A DNA stretch of 64,000 nt from an uncultured Opitutales bacterium (GTDB lineage Bacteria > Verrucomicrobiota > Verrucomicrobiia > Opitutales > T3Sed10-336): contig CAZYAN010000010.1 of NCBI GenBank assembly GCA_964645585.1, positions 3,677 through 67,676 of the forward strand, written 5' to 3'. Of this stretch, positions 18,133 to 29,200 are shown piece after piece. The notes beneath the pieces are model-generated. The model was not told the origin of the DNA, did no database searches, and was given only the letters and a program-made list of their open reading frames with translations. Both the position numbers and the translations under genes were made by a program. Each line of letters opens with the position of its first letter. The first letter of the stretch is position 1.

Positions 18133-20523
18133 ATGATGACTTTCCCGAAGCCGATCTTCCTGGCTGGCGCGGTCGCGGCAACCGCCTGTTGTTCGATTCA
18201 CGCGGAATTCCCCGCCCTTCGTCTCGAGCCGATCGCGATCGGACAATTCTCTTCCCCGGTTGCCATAACCCATGCGGGCGATGGATCGGGCCGTCTCTTT
18301 ATCGCGGACCAGCGCGGCCGGATTTATATCCTCCACGACGGTGCCGTCCTCCCGGAACCGTTTCTCGATATCGAGAACAAACTCGTCACGGAACGACCCG
18401 GCTTCGATGAGCGCGGTCTCCTCGGATTAGCCTTCCATCCCGAATACGCCACGAAAAGCGCGCCGGGCGAAGGACATTTTTATATATACTACAGCGCGCC
18501 GTCTCCCGATGCGCCCGGAACCGCATCAGATCCGGTTGATCATCGAAGCGTCATCGCGGAATTCCGGGTCTCGGCTGAGAACCCTAACCAGGCGGATCCG
18601 TCGAGCGAACGTGTTTTGCTCACCTTCAATCAGCCCCAGTTTAATCACAACGGCGGACAACTCGCATTCGGCCCCGACGACGGCCTTCTCTACATTTCCA
18701 CAGGCGACGGAGGCAGTGCCAATGACAACAACGCGGGCCACACAGGCGGTGACTCCTCCCAACCTTCCGGCGTACTGGGAAACGCGCAGGACCTGACCCG
18801 ACTTCTCGGAAAGGTCCTGCGCATCCAGCCGTTGGGCACGAACGGACCCGGCGGCCAGTATGGGATTCCTCCCGGCAATCCATTCGTCAATTCGCCCGGC
18901 GGAGAGCGCGAGGAAATCTTCGCGTACGGTCTCCGCAACCCGTGGCGTTTTTCTTTCGACAAGCCTCCCGGCGAACCGCAGCGCCTGTTTCTCGCCGACG
19001 TCGGGCAGGGCCGCTTCGAAGAAATTAATCTGATCATCCCCGGCGGAAACTACGGCTGGCGCGCATTTGAAGGTTTCTCGGATTTCGATCCGACGGCTCC
19101 GTCCAGCGGACCGTATGAGGAACCGATCGCATCCTATTCCCGAAACGGTCAATCCGGGGACAGCGGGCTGCCAGAGATCGGTATCAGCGTGACAGGCGGG
19201 TACGTCTATCGCGGTACAGCCATTCCCGAACTTCAAGGGAAATATATTTTCGGCGACTGGTCCACCAGCTTCGGGGCACCGAACGGAACCCTTCTTGGAC
19301 TCGAAGAATCAGCACCAGGCGTATTCGATCTATCGATACTTGAAATCGAAGGCGGTAATCCCATTGGGCGGTTTATTCCTTGCTTTGGTGTGGACGAACA
19401 GGGGGAAATCTACGTCGGCACAAAAATGTCTCTGGGTCCGTCGGCCCCTCATCCCGATACCGGCGAACCGGCCGGGCAGCTGTTCAAGATTGTCGCACAA
19501 GCGGAACCGGTCGAAATCACGCTCGTCCCGTCCCGCGACAACTCGATCTATTCCGACTTTCCCAATAACTCGAATGGCGCCGGCGACCTCTTTGCCGGAA
19601 GGATCCAGTCGGGCGACGGCGTTCGCCGCGCCCTGCTCCAGTTCGATCTCGATGAAGTTCCAGCTGGATCGCAAATAATCGACGCGACGCTTTCGCTAAC
19701 CGTCAACATGACAACGACAGGCAGCTTCGACTTCTCCCTCCACCGTCTGCTTCGCGACTGGGGTGAGGCCGGTTCTTTCGGAACAGGAACGGGAGGGCCC
19801 GCACAAACCGGCGATGCAACGTGGTCCAACGCATTTCATCCTGGCGACGCCTGGTCCGCGGCCGGCGGCGATTTCGTCTCCTCGGCGAGCGCAACCACGG
19901 CGGTAGGCGCGCTGGGACAATACCAGTGGACGTCGCCGCAGCTCGCTGATGATGTTCAACAGTGGCTCGACAATCCGGACCAGAATCACGGCTGGATCTT
20001 GCTCGGCAATGAAGCCACCCCCTCAGCCAAACGCATCCACTCGAGCGAAAGCGGCAACAGCGGCGCCCGGCCGGCGCTCACCATTCACTATTTGGCAACC
20101 AGTGCGTTGTCACGCAGGCAAATTTGGGAGCGGGAGCATTTTCAGATCGGACAATACATCGATCCCGAGGACGATGCCGACGGGGACGGGATTCCCGCAC
20201 TCCTGGAATACGCTTGGGATCGGAATCCCGCGATTTCCGATGCCGACCCGAACGATCTGGCGCTCGCGCTCGGTCCGCCGACTGCCACGATCCGTTTCCG
20301 ACGCGACCCGCGCGCGGCCGACCTGAACTATATTCTGGAGGTTTCATCCGACCTCCAAAATTGGAGCGCAATCGTCACCTCCTCAAGCGGCGAACCGCCG
20401 TCCAATCCCGCCTTTCTCAGCGAATCTCCGGACCCGGCCAATCCGGAGCTGCGCATCGTCGAAGCCGCCCTCCCCTTCGACCAGGATCGGCAATTCACCC
20501 GCCTGCGGGTGGAACGCCCATAA
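18133..20523 (+). CDS. Secreted PQQ-dependent sugar dehydrogenase-like beta-propeller (GSDH/sorbosone dehydrogenase family) fused to a DNRLRE-like jelly-roll and the shared C-terminal tail
   Basis: 796 aa with a signal peptide. GSDH motifs RGLLGLAFHP, HNGGQLAFGPDDGLLYISTGDGG and YGLRNPWRFSFD. These are followed by RALLQFDL ... LHRLLRDWGE, then DDADGDGIPALLEYAW, ending QFTRLRVERP. Confidence 0.8.
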   Translation: MMTFPKPIFLAGAVAATACCSIHAEFPALRLEPIAIGQFSSPVAITHAGDGSGRLFIADQRGRIYILHDGAVLPEPFLDIENKLVTERPGFDERGLLGLAFHPEYATKSAPGEGHFYIYYSAPSPDAPGTASDPVDHRSVIAEFRVSAENPNQADPSSERVLLTFNQPQFNHNGGQLAFGPDDGLLYISTGDGGSANDNNAGHTGGDSSQPSGVLGNAQDLTRLLGKVLRIQPLGTNGPGGQYGIPPGNPFVNSPGGEREEIFAYGLRNPWRFSFDKPPGEPQRLFLADVGQGRFEEINLIIPGGNYGWRAFEGFSDFDPTAPSSGPYEEPIASYSRNGQSGDSGLPEIGISVTGGYVYRGTAIPELQGKYIFGDWSTSFGAPNGTLLGLEESAPGVFDLSILEIEGGNPIGRFIPCFGVDEQGEIYVGTKMSLGPSAPHPDTGEPAGQLFKIVAQAEPVEITLVPSRDNSIYSDFPNNSNGAGDLFAGRIQSGDGVRRALLQFDLDEVPAGSQIIDATLSLTVNMTTTGSFDFSLHRLLRDWGEAGSFGTGTGGPAQTGDATWSNAFHPGDAWSAAGGDFVSSASATTAVGALGQYQWTSPQLADDVQQWLDNPDQNHGWILLGNEATPSAKRIHSSESGNSGARPALTIHYLATSALSRRQIWEREHFQIGQYIDPEDDADGDGIPALLEYAWDRNPAISDADPNDLALALGPPTATIRFRRDPRAADLNYILEVSSDLQNWSAIVTSSSGEPPSNPAFLSESPDPANPELRIVEAALPFDQDRQFTRLRVERP

Positions 20524-20532
20524 TGCGGTAAC

Positions 20533-20560
20533 GCGGCCGGGCCGCTCTGGCGCCGGCCGC
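20533..20560. terminator. GC-rich hairpin between convergent genes (possible bidirectional terminator)
   Basis: 8-bp stem GCGGCCGG / CCGGCCGC with a 12-nt loop. There is no U-tract on either strand. Confidence 0.25.
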
Positions 20561-20579
20561 ATCCGCTCGGCGATGCCTG

Positions 20580-21905
20580 CTAGCGGATATGCTCGTTCAG
20601 CAAATTTTCGAGCAATTCCTGGCGACCGCTCCCACTCGGCGCCGCCTCTCCCTTTTCGAGGATATACGCTTCGAGTTCGCCAAACGTCGCTTGTCCTTCC
20701 TCGATTCGACGGCCGATCCCGCTGTTCCACGATGAGTAACGATCCCGAACAAAGTCGTCCAGCCTGCCATCCGCGCGAATGGAAGCAGCGATCTTCAACC
20801 CGCGGGCGAACGCGTCCATCCCCCCGATGTGCGCGTAAAAAAGATCGATCGGCTCAAAACTTTCCCGGCGCACCTTCGCGTCAAAATTCAGACCGCCAGT
20901 CGTAAAGCCTCCGAATTTCAGGAGAGCCAGCATCATCCGGGTCGTCATGTAAATATCGGTCGGGAATTGATCGGTGTCCCAACCGATCAGCGTGTCACCG
21001 GTGTTGGCGTCGACCGAACCCAGCGCACCCGCCGCCCCGGCCACTTCCATTTCATGGTAGATTGTGTGCCCGGCGAGCGTCGCGTGATTGGTTTCAAGGT
21101 TCAGTTTAAAATGCTCGAGGAGGTCGTATTCCCGAAGGAAATTCAAGCAGGCTTCGGCATCGGAATCGTACTGATGCGTCGTTGGCTCCATCGGCTTCGG
21201 CTCTATATAAAACTGCCCCGTGAAGCCGATCTCTTTTTTGTACTCGACCGCCATATGCAAAAAACGTCCGAGGTTGTCGCGCTCCCGTTTCAAATCGGTG
21301 TTCAATAGCGTTGAGTAGCCTTCACGGCCGCCCCAAAACGTATATCCCAAACCGCCGAGTTCATGCGTCACCTCCATTGCCTTCTTCACCTGCGCGGCGG
21401 CGAACGCAAAAACGTCCGCATTGCAACTGGTCGCGGCGCCATGGACGTAACGCGGATTCGCAAAGAGCGACGCCGTTCCCCAAAGCAGGTGAATGCCGGT
21501 TCGCTCCTGCTCTTCCTTCAGCACCTTCACGACCTGATCGAGGTTGTCGTTCGTTTCCCGCAAACTCTTACCCTCCGGGGCGACATCACGGTCATGAAAA
21601 CAGTAAAACGGCGCACCGAGTTTTTCGATAAATTCAAACGCGGCGCGCACCCGACGCTGCGCATTCTCGATCGAATCCGATCCGTCATCCCACGGCCGGA
21701 TCGCCGTTCCAGGACCAAACGGATCGGCCAGCGGATTACGGAAGGTGTGCCAGTAAACGACGGAGAACCGCAAGTGGTCCTTCATCGGTTTGCCATCCAC
21801 AATCTCGTCGGGATTGTAATGTTTAAAGGCGAGCGGGTTCTTCGACTCCGGACCCTCAAAAGGTATGCGGCCGCCGACTTCGGGGAATGCGATTTTTTCA
21901 GCCAT
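20580..21905 (-). CDS. xylA: Xylose isomerase
   Basis: 441 aa. Full-length resemblance to class II XylA: [55 protein letters not shown]. Confidence 0.95.
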   Translation of the reverse strand: MAEKIAFPEVGGRIPFEGPESKNPLAFKHYNPDEIVDGKPMKDHLRFSVVYWHTFRNPLADPFGPGTAIRPWDDGSDSIENAQRRVRAAFEFIEKLGAPFYCFHDRDVAPEGKSLRETNDNLDQVVKVLKEEQERTGIHLLWGTASLFANPRYVHGAATSCNADVFAFAAAQVKKAMEVTHELGGLGYTFWGGREGYSTLLNTDLKRERDNLGRFLHMAVEYKKEIGFTGQFYIEPKPMEPTTHQYDSDAEACLNFLREYDLLEHFKLNLETNHATLAGHTIYHEMEVAGAAGALGSVDANTGDTLIGWDTDQFPTDIYMTTRMMLALLKFGGFTTGGLNFDAKVRRESFEPIDLFYAHIGGMDAFARGLKIAASIRADGRLDDFVRDRYSSWNSGIGRRIEEGQATFGELEAYILEKGEAAPSGSGRQELLENLLNEHIR

Positions 21906-22009
21906 GGGTGCTTTCCGTACCTAACCCCCGGGTCGACTGAGTCAATGCGAAAGCACCGCCCGAATCCAAAAACTCAACCCGCCGCCGCTGCCCCGGCTGC
22001 ATCCAAATA

Positions 22010-24055
22010 TCAATCCACTATCCCGCCTGTCGGCCCGGGACCCGCGTCCGTCATCGTCACCGGCGCGATCCGCCCGTCCGTCTGATAGCTAAGTCTCTCA
22101 ATCGCCACCGACCGCGAACCGCTATACGGTCCAAGCCCAGGCCGATTATTCCACCGGTGATAAAAGATATACCACTCGTCCGTTCCCGGCAGGCGCACGA
22201 TGGAGTGATGCCCTGGCCCCTTGTGGGTCGCGTCGCTGCCGAGAATCTTTCCCCGATACTGCCACGGTCCAGCCGGTGACGAAGCCGTCGCATAATGCAC
22301 CGAATAGGTATGGTCGTGCCAAGAACCATGACTGTACGATAGATAATAAGTCCCGTTCCTGAAATGCATGTAAGCGCCTTCCGTGAAACTCGGCGGCGTC
22401 GCCACCGAAATCTCCCGCGCAAACGAAACCAAGTCGTCATTCAGCTCGAACAACCGAAGCGTCGACCCTGCACTGCCGCCCGCATACAGCCAAACCTTTC
22501 CAGTCGCCGGGTCCTCGAAGACCGCTGCATCAATCGCCTCAAAACCGGGATCTCCCCCGTCCGCCAGCAGCGGTTGCCCGGAATCGACGAACGGCCCGTA
22601 CGGCGCGTCCGCAACCGCGACGCCAATGTGCGACGGCTTAGGACCAACCGAATAATACAGATAAAACCGCCCATCCTTCTCCAACACGCCCGGCGCCCAC
22701 GCGTGCGATGTGCGTCCTTCCCTCTCCGTTTCGATCCAAGGAACATCCGCGAGCCGCAGCACCGGACCGTGCATGCGCCACCGGACGAGATCCTCCGACG
22801 AAAAAACGATAAACCGCTGCGCCCCGCGGGTCGGATACACCCAGAACCGGCCGCCCCACCAGAGCACGTCCGGATCCGCGCCGTCAAAGATCGGATTGCC
22901 TGCCTCGCCCTGCACCCGCGCCGTATCGACGCGCGCGCGAAGAAACGAGGCTTCCCGATCTTTGAGCGCAATCGTACTGACAAGACGAACCCGTCCAGGT
23001 ACCTCGCCGGGGTGTTCGACCGAAAAAGCAACGGCCGCCCAATCGCGCAGGTTGGTCGAGGCTTCCAAGCCCAGATCCTCCCAATCCGCCGGCGGATTGG
23101 TATCGAGCGCGAGCACGACCGGCGTCCCTTCCGCGTCCACTCGCGGAACCAGCCTTGCCTCCACGCGCAAACTATCAGGACGGGTTGCCGGCGAAGCGAG
23201 AAACTCCTCCGGTTGGAGCACCCGGTCGGAAACGCGAACTTCATCGAGCGCCCCCGCAAAATACTGATTCGTCTCCCACCCGTCCGAGGCGGCACCCAGC
23301 CGCCAAGTGCCGCGTTCTCCAGAGCCGCCAGCTCCGTTGTAAAACGCTCCGTCGAGCGCTGCGGATCCCTCCTTTACAAACCCAGAACTGCCCGGTCCTT
23401 GCAGCCAGAGCACCAGCTCCGTCGCGGATCCAGTCGCCACCGCGCTGTACCATTGACCTTCCTCAAGCGGGGCCTGACTTGTGACCGTCCTCGGCGTCCC
23501 TGAGCCATCAACGACCCCGACTTCCAAACGTCCCGATTCTCCGCTCTTGCGGAACCAAATCCAGACCGGATGCAGCGAAAAAATGTTGCCGGTCTTGGAA
23601 AGGAGCACTTGGTCGCCATTTGACGGATACAAAAGAAACGACACCTCCACAGTCCACTCCTCAAGCGGCTGGTCATCGATCGGCTTCGGATCATTCTCCT
23701 CGGGACGATGCCAAGTGAACAGCGATCGCTCGGGTGTAAAACTCGCCGCCAACCGATTTACCTCGCCCGAACCAGGAAGGTAATCAAACGGCGTGTCGGT
23801 CATGTAAGCCGGCGCATGCACCGGAAAAAACGGCCGCAAATGATTTCCGTGCCCGGAATGGTCGATGACCGAATTGAAGGCCGCGCGGATGTCATCGCCC
23901 GCGAGCCCTTCCTCGAAACGCCAGTAGGCGATCGTCTCGCCGGTCCCAGTCCCCGTTCCAATCAATCCCGCAACCAAAGCGATAATCCACGGTGTTCGAA
24001 ACCCGTTTCTAGTCCCCATTTGCGCTACCGACAGCCGCCTTTGTCTGTTGTCCAT
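22010..24055 (-). CDS. Secreted LamG-domain + glycoside hydrolase family 43 protein
   Basis: GH43 motifs ADPDVLWWGGRFWVYPT, HAWAPGVLEKDGRFYLYYS and TEGAYMHFRNGTYYLSYS. N-terminal LamG-like region (IAYWRFEE ... LDEVRVSDRVL). Start set at ATG 24055 (alternative 24019), because the ORF-track start at 24202 overlaps the upstream gene. Confidence 0.8.
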   Translation of the reverse strand: MDNRQRRLSVAQMGTRNGFRTPWIIALVAGLIGTGTGTGETIAYWRFEEGLAGDDIRAAFNSVIDHSGHGNHLRPFFPVHAPAYMTDTPFDYLPGSGEVNRLAASFTPERSLFTWHRPEENDPKPIDDQPLEEWTVEVSFLLYPSNGDQVLLSKTGNIFSLHPVWIWFRKSGESGRLEVGVVDGSGTPRTVTSQAPLEEGQWYSAVATGSATELVLWLQGPGSSGFVKEGSAALDGAFYNGAGGSGERGTWRLGAASDGWETNQYFAGALDEVRVSDRVLQPEEFLASPATRPDSLRVEARLVPRVDAEGTPVVLALDTNPPADWEDLGLEASTNLRDWAAVAFSVEHPGEVPGRVRLVSTIALKDREASFLRARVDTARVQGEAGNPIFDGADPDVLWWGGRFWVYPTRGAQRFIVFSSEDLVRWRMHGPVLRLADVPWIETEREGRTSHAWAPGVLEKDGRFYLYYSVGPKPSHIGVAVADAPYGPFVDSGQPLLADGGDPGFEAIDAAVFEDPATGKVWLYAGGSAGSTLRLFELNDDLVSFAREISVATPPSFTEGAYMHFRNGTYYLSYSHGSWHDHTYSVHYATASSPAGPWQYRGKILGSDATHKGPGHHSIVRLPGTDEWYIFYHRWNNRPGLGPYSGSRSVAIERLSYQTDGRIAPVTMTDAGPGPTGGIVD

Positions 24056-26093
24056 GCCAGTCCGTTTCACCTCTTCCCGCAATCGAACCGAATGAAAGAT
24101 ACACATCATCCTTCCAGCCATCCCGCCAAACCAGTGTGGCCTTGAGCGAGGTTTCGTCCACCGAACGTTCGACCGAAAGCAGCAGAGGTTCATCCCCTCC
24201 AAACGGTGCGAGTAGAGTCACCATAAACCAAGGCGGCCCGTTCCCGACGCGATACACGAGACGAGGCGCCGGATACTTGGACCCGTATTTCGGCGAATAC
24301 CATCCTTCCTCGACAAGTGGCTCCGCCTCGCCACCGAGCGGAATAACCGCGATCTCCGCCGTTCCGTAATCGGTCGCAAACGCGCCCGGAAACTTTGTCA
24401 GCCGCTGCGGCTCCGTTGGCAGAAATCGCCAGTTTTGCTCGATCACCAGCGACTCCCGCATGACCTCCGGCGCTCGCACAAGGTCAGCGACAATCCAGTA
24501 TTCGTCCCGGACCATCAGCAACTGCCGTTCATGTATGATCGACCCGTCCACGCCGTCTGGGAGCAAGTGACTGTATCCATCGTGCCAGGCATGGAGATAC
24601 TTGAGCTCTCCTTCGATTTGCGAGCGCGCGAGCACCGGTTCAACATTCCGCACCATGTTCCCGCCGTTGATCGAAACCGTGTTCTGGAAACGCGTCTGAA
24701 GAAAAGCGTCGCGCCCGCCAGCGTCGTAGGTGTAGCGTCCCGGCGCAACGATCAGCGGCTGTCCGTCCGCATACAGCTCGACCGCGAGCGCGCGGTCGGC
24801 GCCCCGTCCGCGCGGTCCGTAATCCATCATCGACCAATGCGCATCACGACCGTCGGTCCATGGACTTCGCAGCAGCGCGAATTTTCCTTCCGGAAAAATC
24901 CGGCTCGTCCAGGCCGGCGGCGCGCCTTCCTTTCCCTCCGTCGCCAGATACACATGGTCCGGCCGATCCGCCTGTCGCCCCCAGCGCAGCAGACGGTCCT
25001 CCATAAAATCCCGATCCGTGTGGCCGAACTGCGGAATCGTCAGATTCGGCTGAGTAAACGCCGCCGCGAAATCAAACATGCCGTTCAAGCGCTCCACAAA
25101 CTCCTCCGCAACCGGCGCCCCCGCCCGCTTCATGAGCTGGTAAAACCAATTCTCCTCCCGCAAGGTCACGTTGTGATAGGTGGGGCTTCGGCCGCGATAA
25201 ACACCGTCGGCGTACGTGGATTCAAAGATGTGGTTTCGCATCGTTTCCACCGTCACGCGAGCCCATTCGCCCGCATCTCGAAACTCCGGAAAATACGTCG
25301 CCGCCTGCAAGACACTGACCGCCGCCATGGCACCCTGATTGCTGTCGCCGTATCCAGCTGAACCGCGCGCGTTCAGCCACTCGCAAGTCGCGTGCATGGT
25401 ATCCAAAAAAACCGTCAGAACCTGCTCGTCAAAATGGCGCGATGTAACCGCCACCGGAAAAAGCCACGTCCAGTGCCGCATCCGAATGCCGGCTTCGAGA
25501 CGCCGCGGATAGCCAGGCGCCACCTGCTGATCCCATTCCAGAAACCGTTCGGCGAACTCCGCCATGTAACGTTCGTCACCAAACCGTCGATACGCCTCCA
25601 CCAGCGTCAGAAAATACGTGTGGCGGTTGAGCATAAAATTCCACTCACGGTCGTGGAGCTGATGTTTCCAGTCGACTCTGTCGCCAAACTCGACCGTCTC
25701 TCCAAGAAAGGTCAGCCGACGGGCCAACGCATCGGCCGGAGTCGTCGTATCATGCACCCCGACGGGCATGCAGCGGACACTCGGCACCTTCATCGGATCA
25801 TGGAGGTCGGCATCGATTCCGGGCAGGTCGCGAATCGCCGTCGACGGGTCGAAATGATAGTCCATCTCACGCGTCCGATAATACTGGAGCAGTTGCGTGA
25901 TTGCCGCCCTTTCGTCCCCCGCCGCAACCGCCTGACGGACCTTTTCCAAACCGGGCCGGTCGAGGTCGATTCGCGCAAGCACGGCAGCGGCCCGCTCCGG
26001 GTTAGCCGGCGCTCCTTCCGCCACCGCAGCTGCCCCAGCGATCAACGCGATCGACCAAGAAGCCCAGCCGATGAGTTTTGCCATTTCCCTCAT
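24009..26093 (-). CDS. Secreted heparinase II/III-like (alginate-lyase-fold N-domain + Hepar_II_III C-domain) protein
   Basis: Signal peptide MREMAKLIGWASWSIALIAGAAAVAEG from ATG 26093. Helix-rich N-terminal half. The C-terminal half carries HWSMMDYGPRG..LAVELYADGQPLIVAPGRYTY...FQNTVSINGGN, which resembles the Hepar_II_III signature. Confidence 0.6.
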   Translation of the reverse strand: MREMAKLIGWASWSIALIAGAAAVAEGAPANPERAAAVLARIDLDRPGLEKVRQAVAAGDERAAITQLLQYYRTREMDYHFDPSTAIRDLPGIDADLHDPMKVPSVRCMPVGVHDTTTPADALARRLTFLGETVEFGDRVDWKHQLHDREWNFMLNRHTYFLTLVEAYRRFGDERYMAEFAERFLEWDQQVAPGYPRRLEAGIRMRHWTWLFPVAVTSRHFDEQVLTVFLDTMHATCEWLNARGSAGYGDSNQGAMAAVSVLQAATYFPEFRDAGEWARVTVETMRNHIFESTYADGVYRGRSPTYHNVTLREENWFYQLMKRAGAPVAEEFVERLNGMFDFAAAFTQPNLTIPQFGHTDRDFMEDRLLRWGRQADRPDHVYLATEGKEGAPPAWTSRIFPEGKFALLRSPWTDGRDAHWSMMDYGPRGRGADRALAVELYADGQPLIVAPGRYTYDAGGRDAFLQTRFQNTVSINGGNMVRNVEPVLARSQIEGELKYLHAWHDGYSHLLPDGVDGSIIHERQLLMVRDEYWIVADLVRAPEVMRESLVIEQNWRFLPTEPQRLTKFPGAFATDYGTAEIAVIPLGGEAEPLVEEGWYSPKYGSKYPAPRLVYRVGNGPPWFMVTLLAPFGGDEPLLLSVERSVDETSLKATLVWRDGWKDDVYLSFGSIAGRGETDWHGQQTKAAVGSANGD

Positions 26094-26259
26094 GGGTCTA
26101 TCCTTTCCTGCACTTCCTCGGGCAATCGGACAACGTGCCGCCGCGAGGTATACGCAAACGGCACGTTCCATGCCTTGGCGGAAGGCGGCGCGCACGCGGC
26201 CGACTTCACGAAATCCGGCCTGGCTGCGCGCACCCACGCGGATGCAGTTCTCTTTCCCA

Positions 26260-29200
26260 TCACTCGATGCTTAAACGAAAGAACTGCCGGCTGACCTCCG
26301 TTGTGTCCACGGAATATGGGCTCGCCGCCCCGTCGACAACCGTCCACGGGCCCGTGACTTCAGGCGCGCTTTCAAGAATCGCTTCGGCACCTTCCCAATT
26401 GAGAATAACTCCGGCACCGTCCCGGGAGATCGCAAGGACCGGAAGAACCGCGGACTCGAAGATCTCGCTGTCGATCCAGGTTCCTCCCCAGAGTTCCCCT
26501 AAAAATCCGTTGCCGGATGAAAAGTCTGTCGCGACCGCCCCGCCGCCTTCATTAAATCCAAATCGCAGGTGCAGCCCGTCAGCAGGATTCAGCAGATCGT
26601 GCAGCGGCTCGAACATCGACTCGCTGATCTCCTGCTGGGTTTTCGCGACGTGCCATATCTGGAACTCATCGACAGCGCCGCGGAAGAATTGCGCTCCCAG
26701 CTGCGCCCACGGGTACGGATCAGCGCCAATAAACGACCGGCGCATCACCACGATCTCCGTCGTCGGCACAGTCAGAGACGACTTGAGTTCCCCGTTGAGG
26801 TACAGCAGAAGCTGATCGGCGTCTCGAACGAGGGCGATGTGAACCCATTCGCCGTATTCAAAATCCGAGGTCGAAACCGTATGAAGATCGCCACCTGAAA
26901 CGACGCGAATTCCAGCGGTGATGATGCCGTCGAGCTCGCGCATCTCGATCGTCCGGGTAAGCGACTCCTGATTGGTCATTCGGAAAAGCACCTGCTGCTC
27001 TTCCTGATCCAGTATCTTGTACCAGGCCGAGATGGTAAAATCGCCGAACGTTCCCCCGGCATGGCTAAAACTCACAAAGTCGTCAATCCCGTCGAATTCG
27101 AGCGCGAAGAACCGCTGGAGATTTCCAGGGAGAACACTGAAGCTCCATGCGACACTGTACGGCCCGCTTCCTTCCGAATCAAAATACTCGACCCGAGCAC
27201 GGTTGATTCCCGCCGGAAGATTGCCAGGCGTAAAATAAATGGTGGCGCCGTTTCCAGTCGCCGCCGTGATCGCCGAAACCTCGTCCTCATTGACGAACAG
27301 GCGCAGACTCAAAACGTCGAGCGCCACCGTGCCGTTCACAACCTCGGCCTCAATCGTCACGTTCCGATCCACGTTGCCTGAGTGATGAACTGGTGTGGTG
27401 GAGACCACCGTCGGCAGCGTTTCATCCACCGGAATAAACATAAAGAAATTGATCTGAATATCATTATTAAAATTGTTGGCGCTCACCGCGCGAAGCCGGA
27501 CAGTCTCTTCGCCGGAAAGCGCGACCCTGACCTCCTGATCGAGTCCGTCCGGGCCGGTCAGCCGTGTGAATTGGTAAACGCCGTTCCCTTCAGGACGGAA
27601 TTCGCCAAGGACCTCCGTTTGCTGATTGGGCTGGGTGGGATCGCTTGTGACGCGTTCAAGGAGAATCACCGGAGCTCCGGTTGCGGCCGCCCGCAGAAAC
27701 ACTTGATACTGTCCCTCCGGGAAATTCCGGGTGTAATTAAACCACTCACCGGTTTCTACCAGGTGCAGGTCGTAATCCGGAATCGTGACGCCGGCATTCA
27801 GGCTGGCTTCGTCATATTTCGGGCGAGGCGGCAGATCTCCGCTGAAAAATGTCCCGACAACATCGCACCAGCGATACATATTGGTTTCCAGCGTCGCTTT
27901 CGTCTCCGACTTGCTGAAAAAGTCAACACCGGGCTCGCCGACACGGTCGACATAGCCGGTCGCCTGATTGAAGTAGCTGCCGTTCGTGAAAGTCGAAGGA
28001 GTCGGTCGGTCAATATAGGATCCTCCGCCCGGCGTCCCCGATACAGCGCCAGAGTCACCATCGCACAGCATACCGGCCGCGAAGTTGTAATCTTCCGCCT
28101 CGATGACGACGACCGCGTCTTCGTTCAAGGTATCGAACGACCAATGATGCGTCGTCTGGCGCTCGTTATCGCGAGCGATGACCGTCACCGCGTAAAACTC
28201 GTTCGGTTCGAGCCCGTCGAAAAAGACTTCATACGCGGGCGACGAACCGGTGATGGTCAAACTTTGATGAGAAATAAGCTCTCCGTTCAGGTACAGTTCG
28301 ATGTCCTCCGTCGAAAGCGTATTGGGTTCTTCGGTACTTACCTGGAAGCGCAAACCATCCTCGGCAGGATAAAAGAAGGCGTCGTGCAGCGGGGTCAGGT
28401 TCGCAATCACCGGACCGCTCTCGGTCACAAACGCGTCGACTTCAACGAAGCGCGGCTGGCGGAGCAGCATCGCCCCTTCTTCCGTGAATTCACCGAGGTT
28501 GTCAAAACCGCGGGAAATAAACTTCAAGTAGCGAAAATCGCTGACGGCGCCGGCCGGAAACACGAGTCGGACGAGGTTATAGTTCCCCGTTCCGGTTCCG
28601 GTATCCGTCGCCGGTATGCCAGGAACCGGAGCGCCGGTGTAGGTCAACGGCGTCGCAAAACGCGATCCTTCGATCACCGTAAAATGAATTCCGTCGGTCG
28701 ACACGGCGAACTCGCCATCGTATCCGGTTCGCCACGGATCAGCGCCGGTTATCCAAATGTCAATACGGTCGAGGGAGCGGTGCTGTGCATTGTTCGGGTC
28801 GCCCAAATCCCAGACAATTTCGACGATCTCGTTGTCCGGCCCCGGGATGACATTCGTCGCGGGCGCCGTCGCACTCGATGCATCCGTCAGCGCCACAAGC
28901 GATCCCTCCACCGGAGCAAAGTTACCGCTGCCGATGATGCCATGAAGCGCATCGTCAGACGACATGTTCAATTCCACGTCATCGAGCGTGCCGGCCGCCA
29001 AGCTCCCGTCGAAGGTGTCGAACGTCCAGGCCACTTCCCCGCTCGTCGCGTTGTCGCTGGCGACCACGCGCACTTTGTACAGCCGATTCGATTGCAAGCC
29101 GCCATAAGAAACCTGATACGAGGGGGACGCGCCCGCAACTGTCAACTCTTCCGGCGGCACGAGAACGCCGTCGATGTACACTTCAATATCCTCGGCCGCG

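Noticed and set aside
24056-24202. N-terminal extensions in the ORF track (here for the GH43 gene; likewise 26094-26237, 39177-39326, 47950-48054, 13035-13148, 34579-34665, 56618-56803, 54656-54946)
   Set aside because: The extensions overlap upstream genes or encode non-protein-like sequence. Internal starts give classic signal peptides, lipoboxes or family-typical N-termini, so the shorter coordinates were used.
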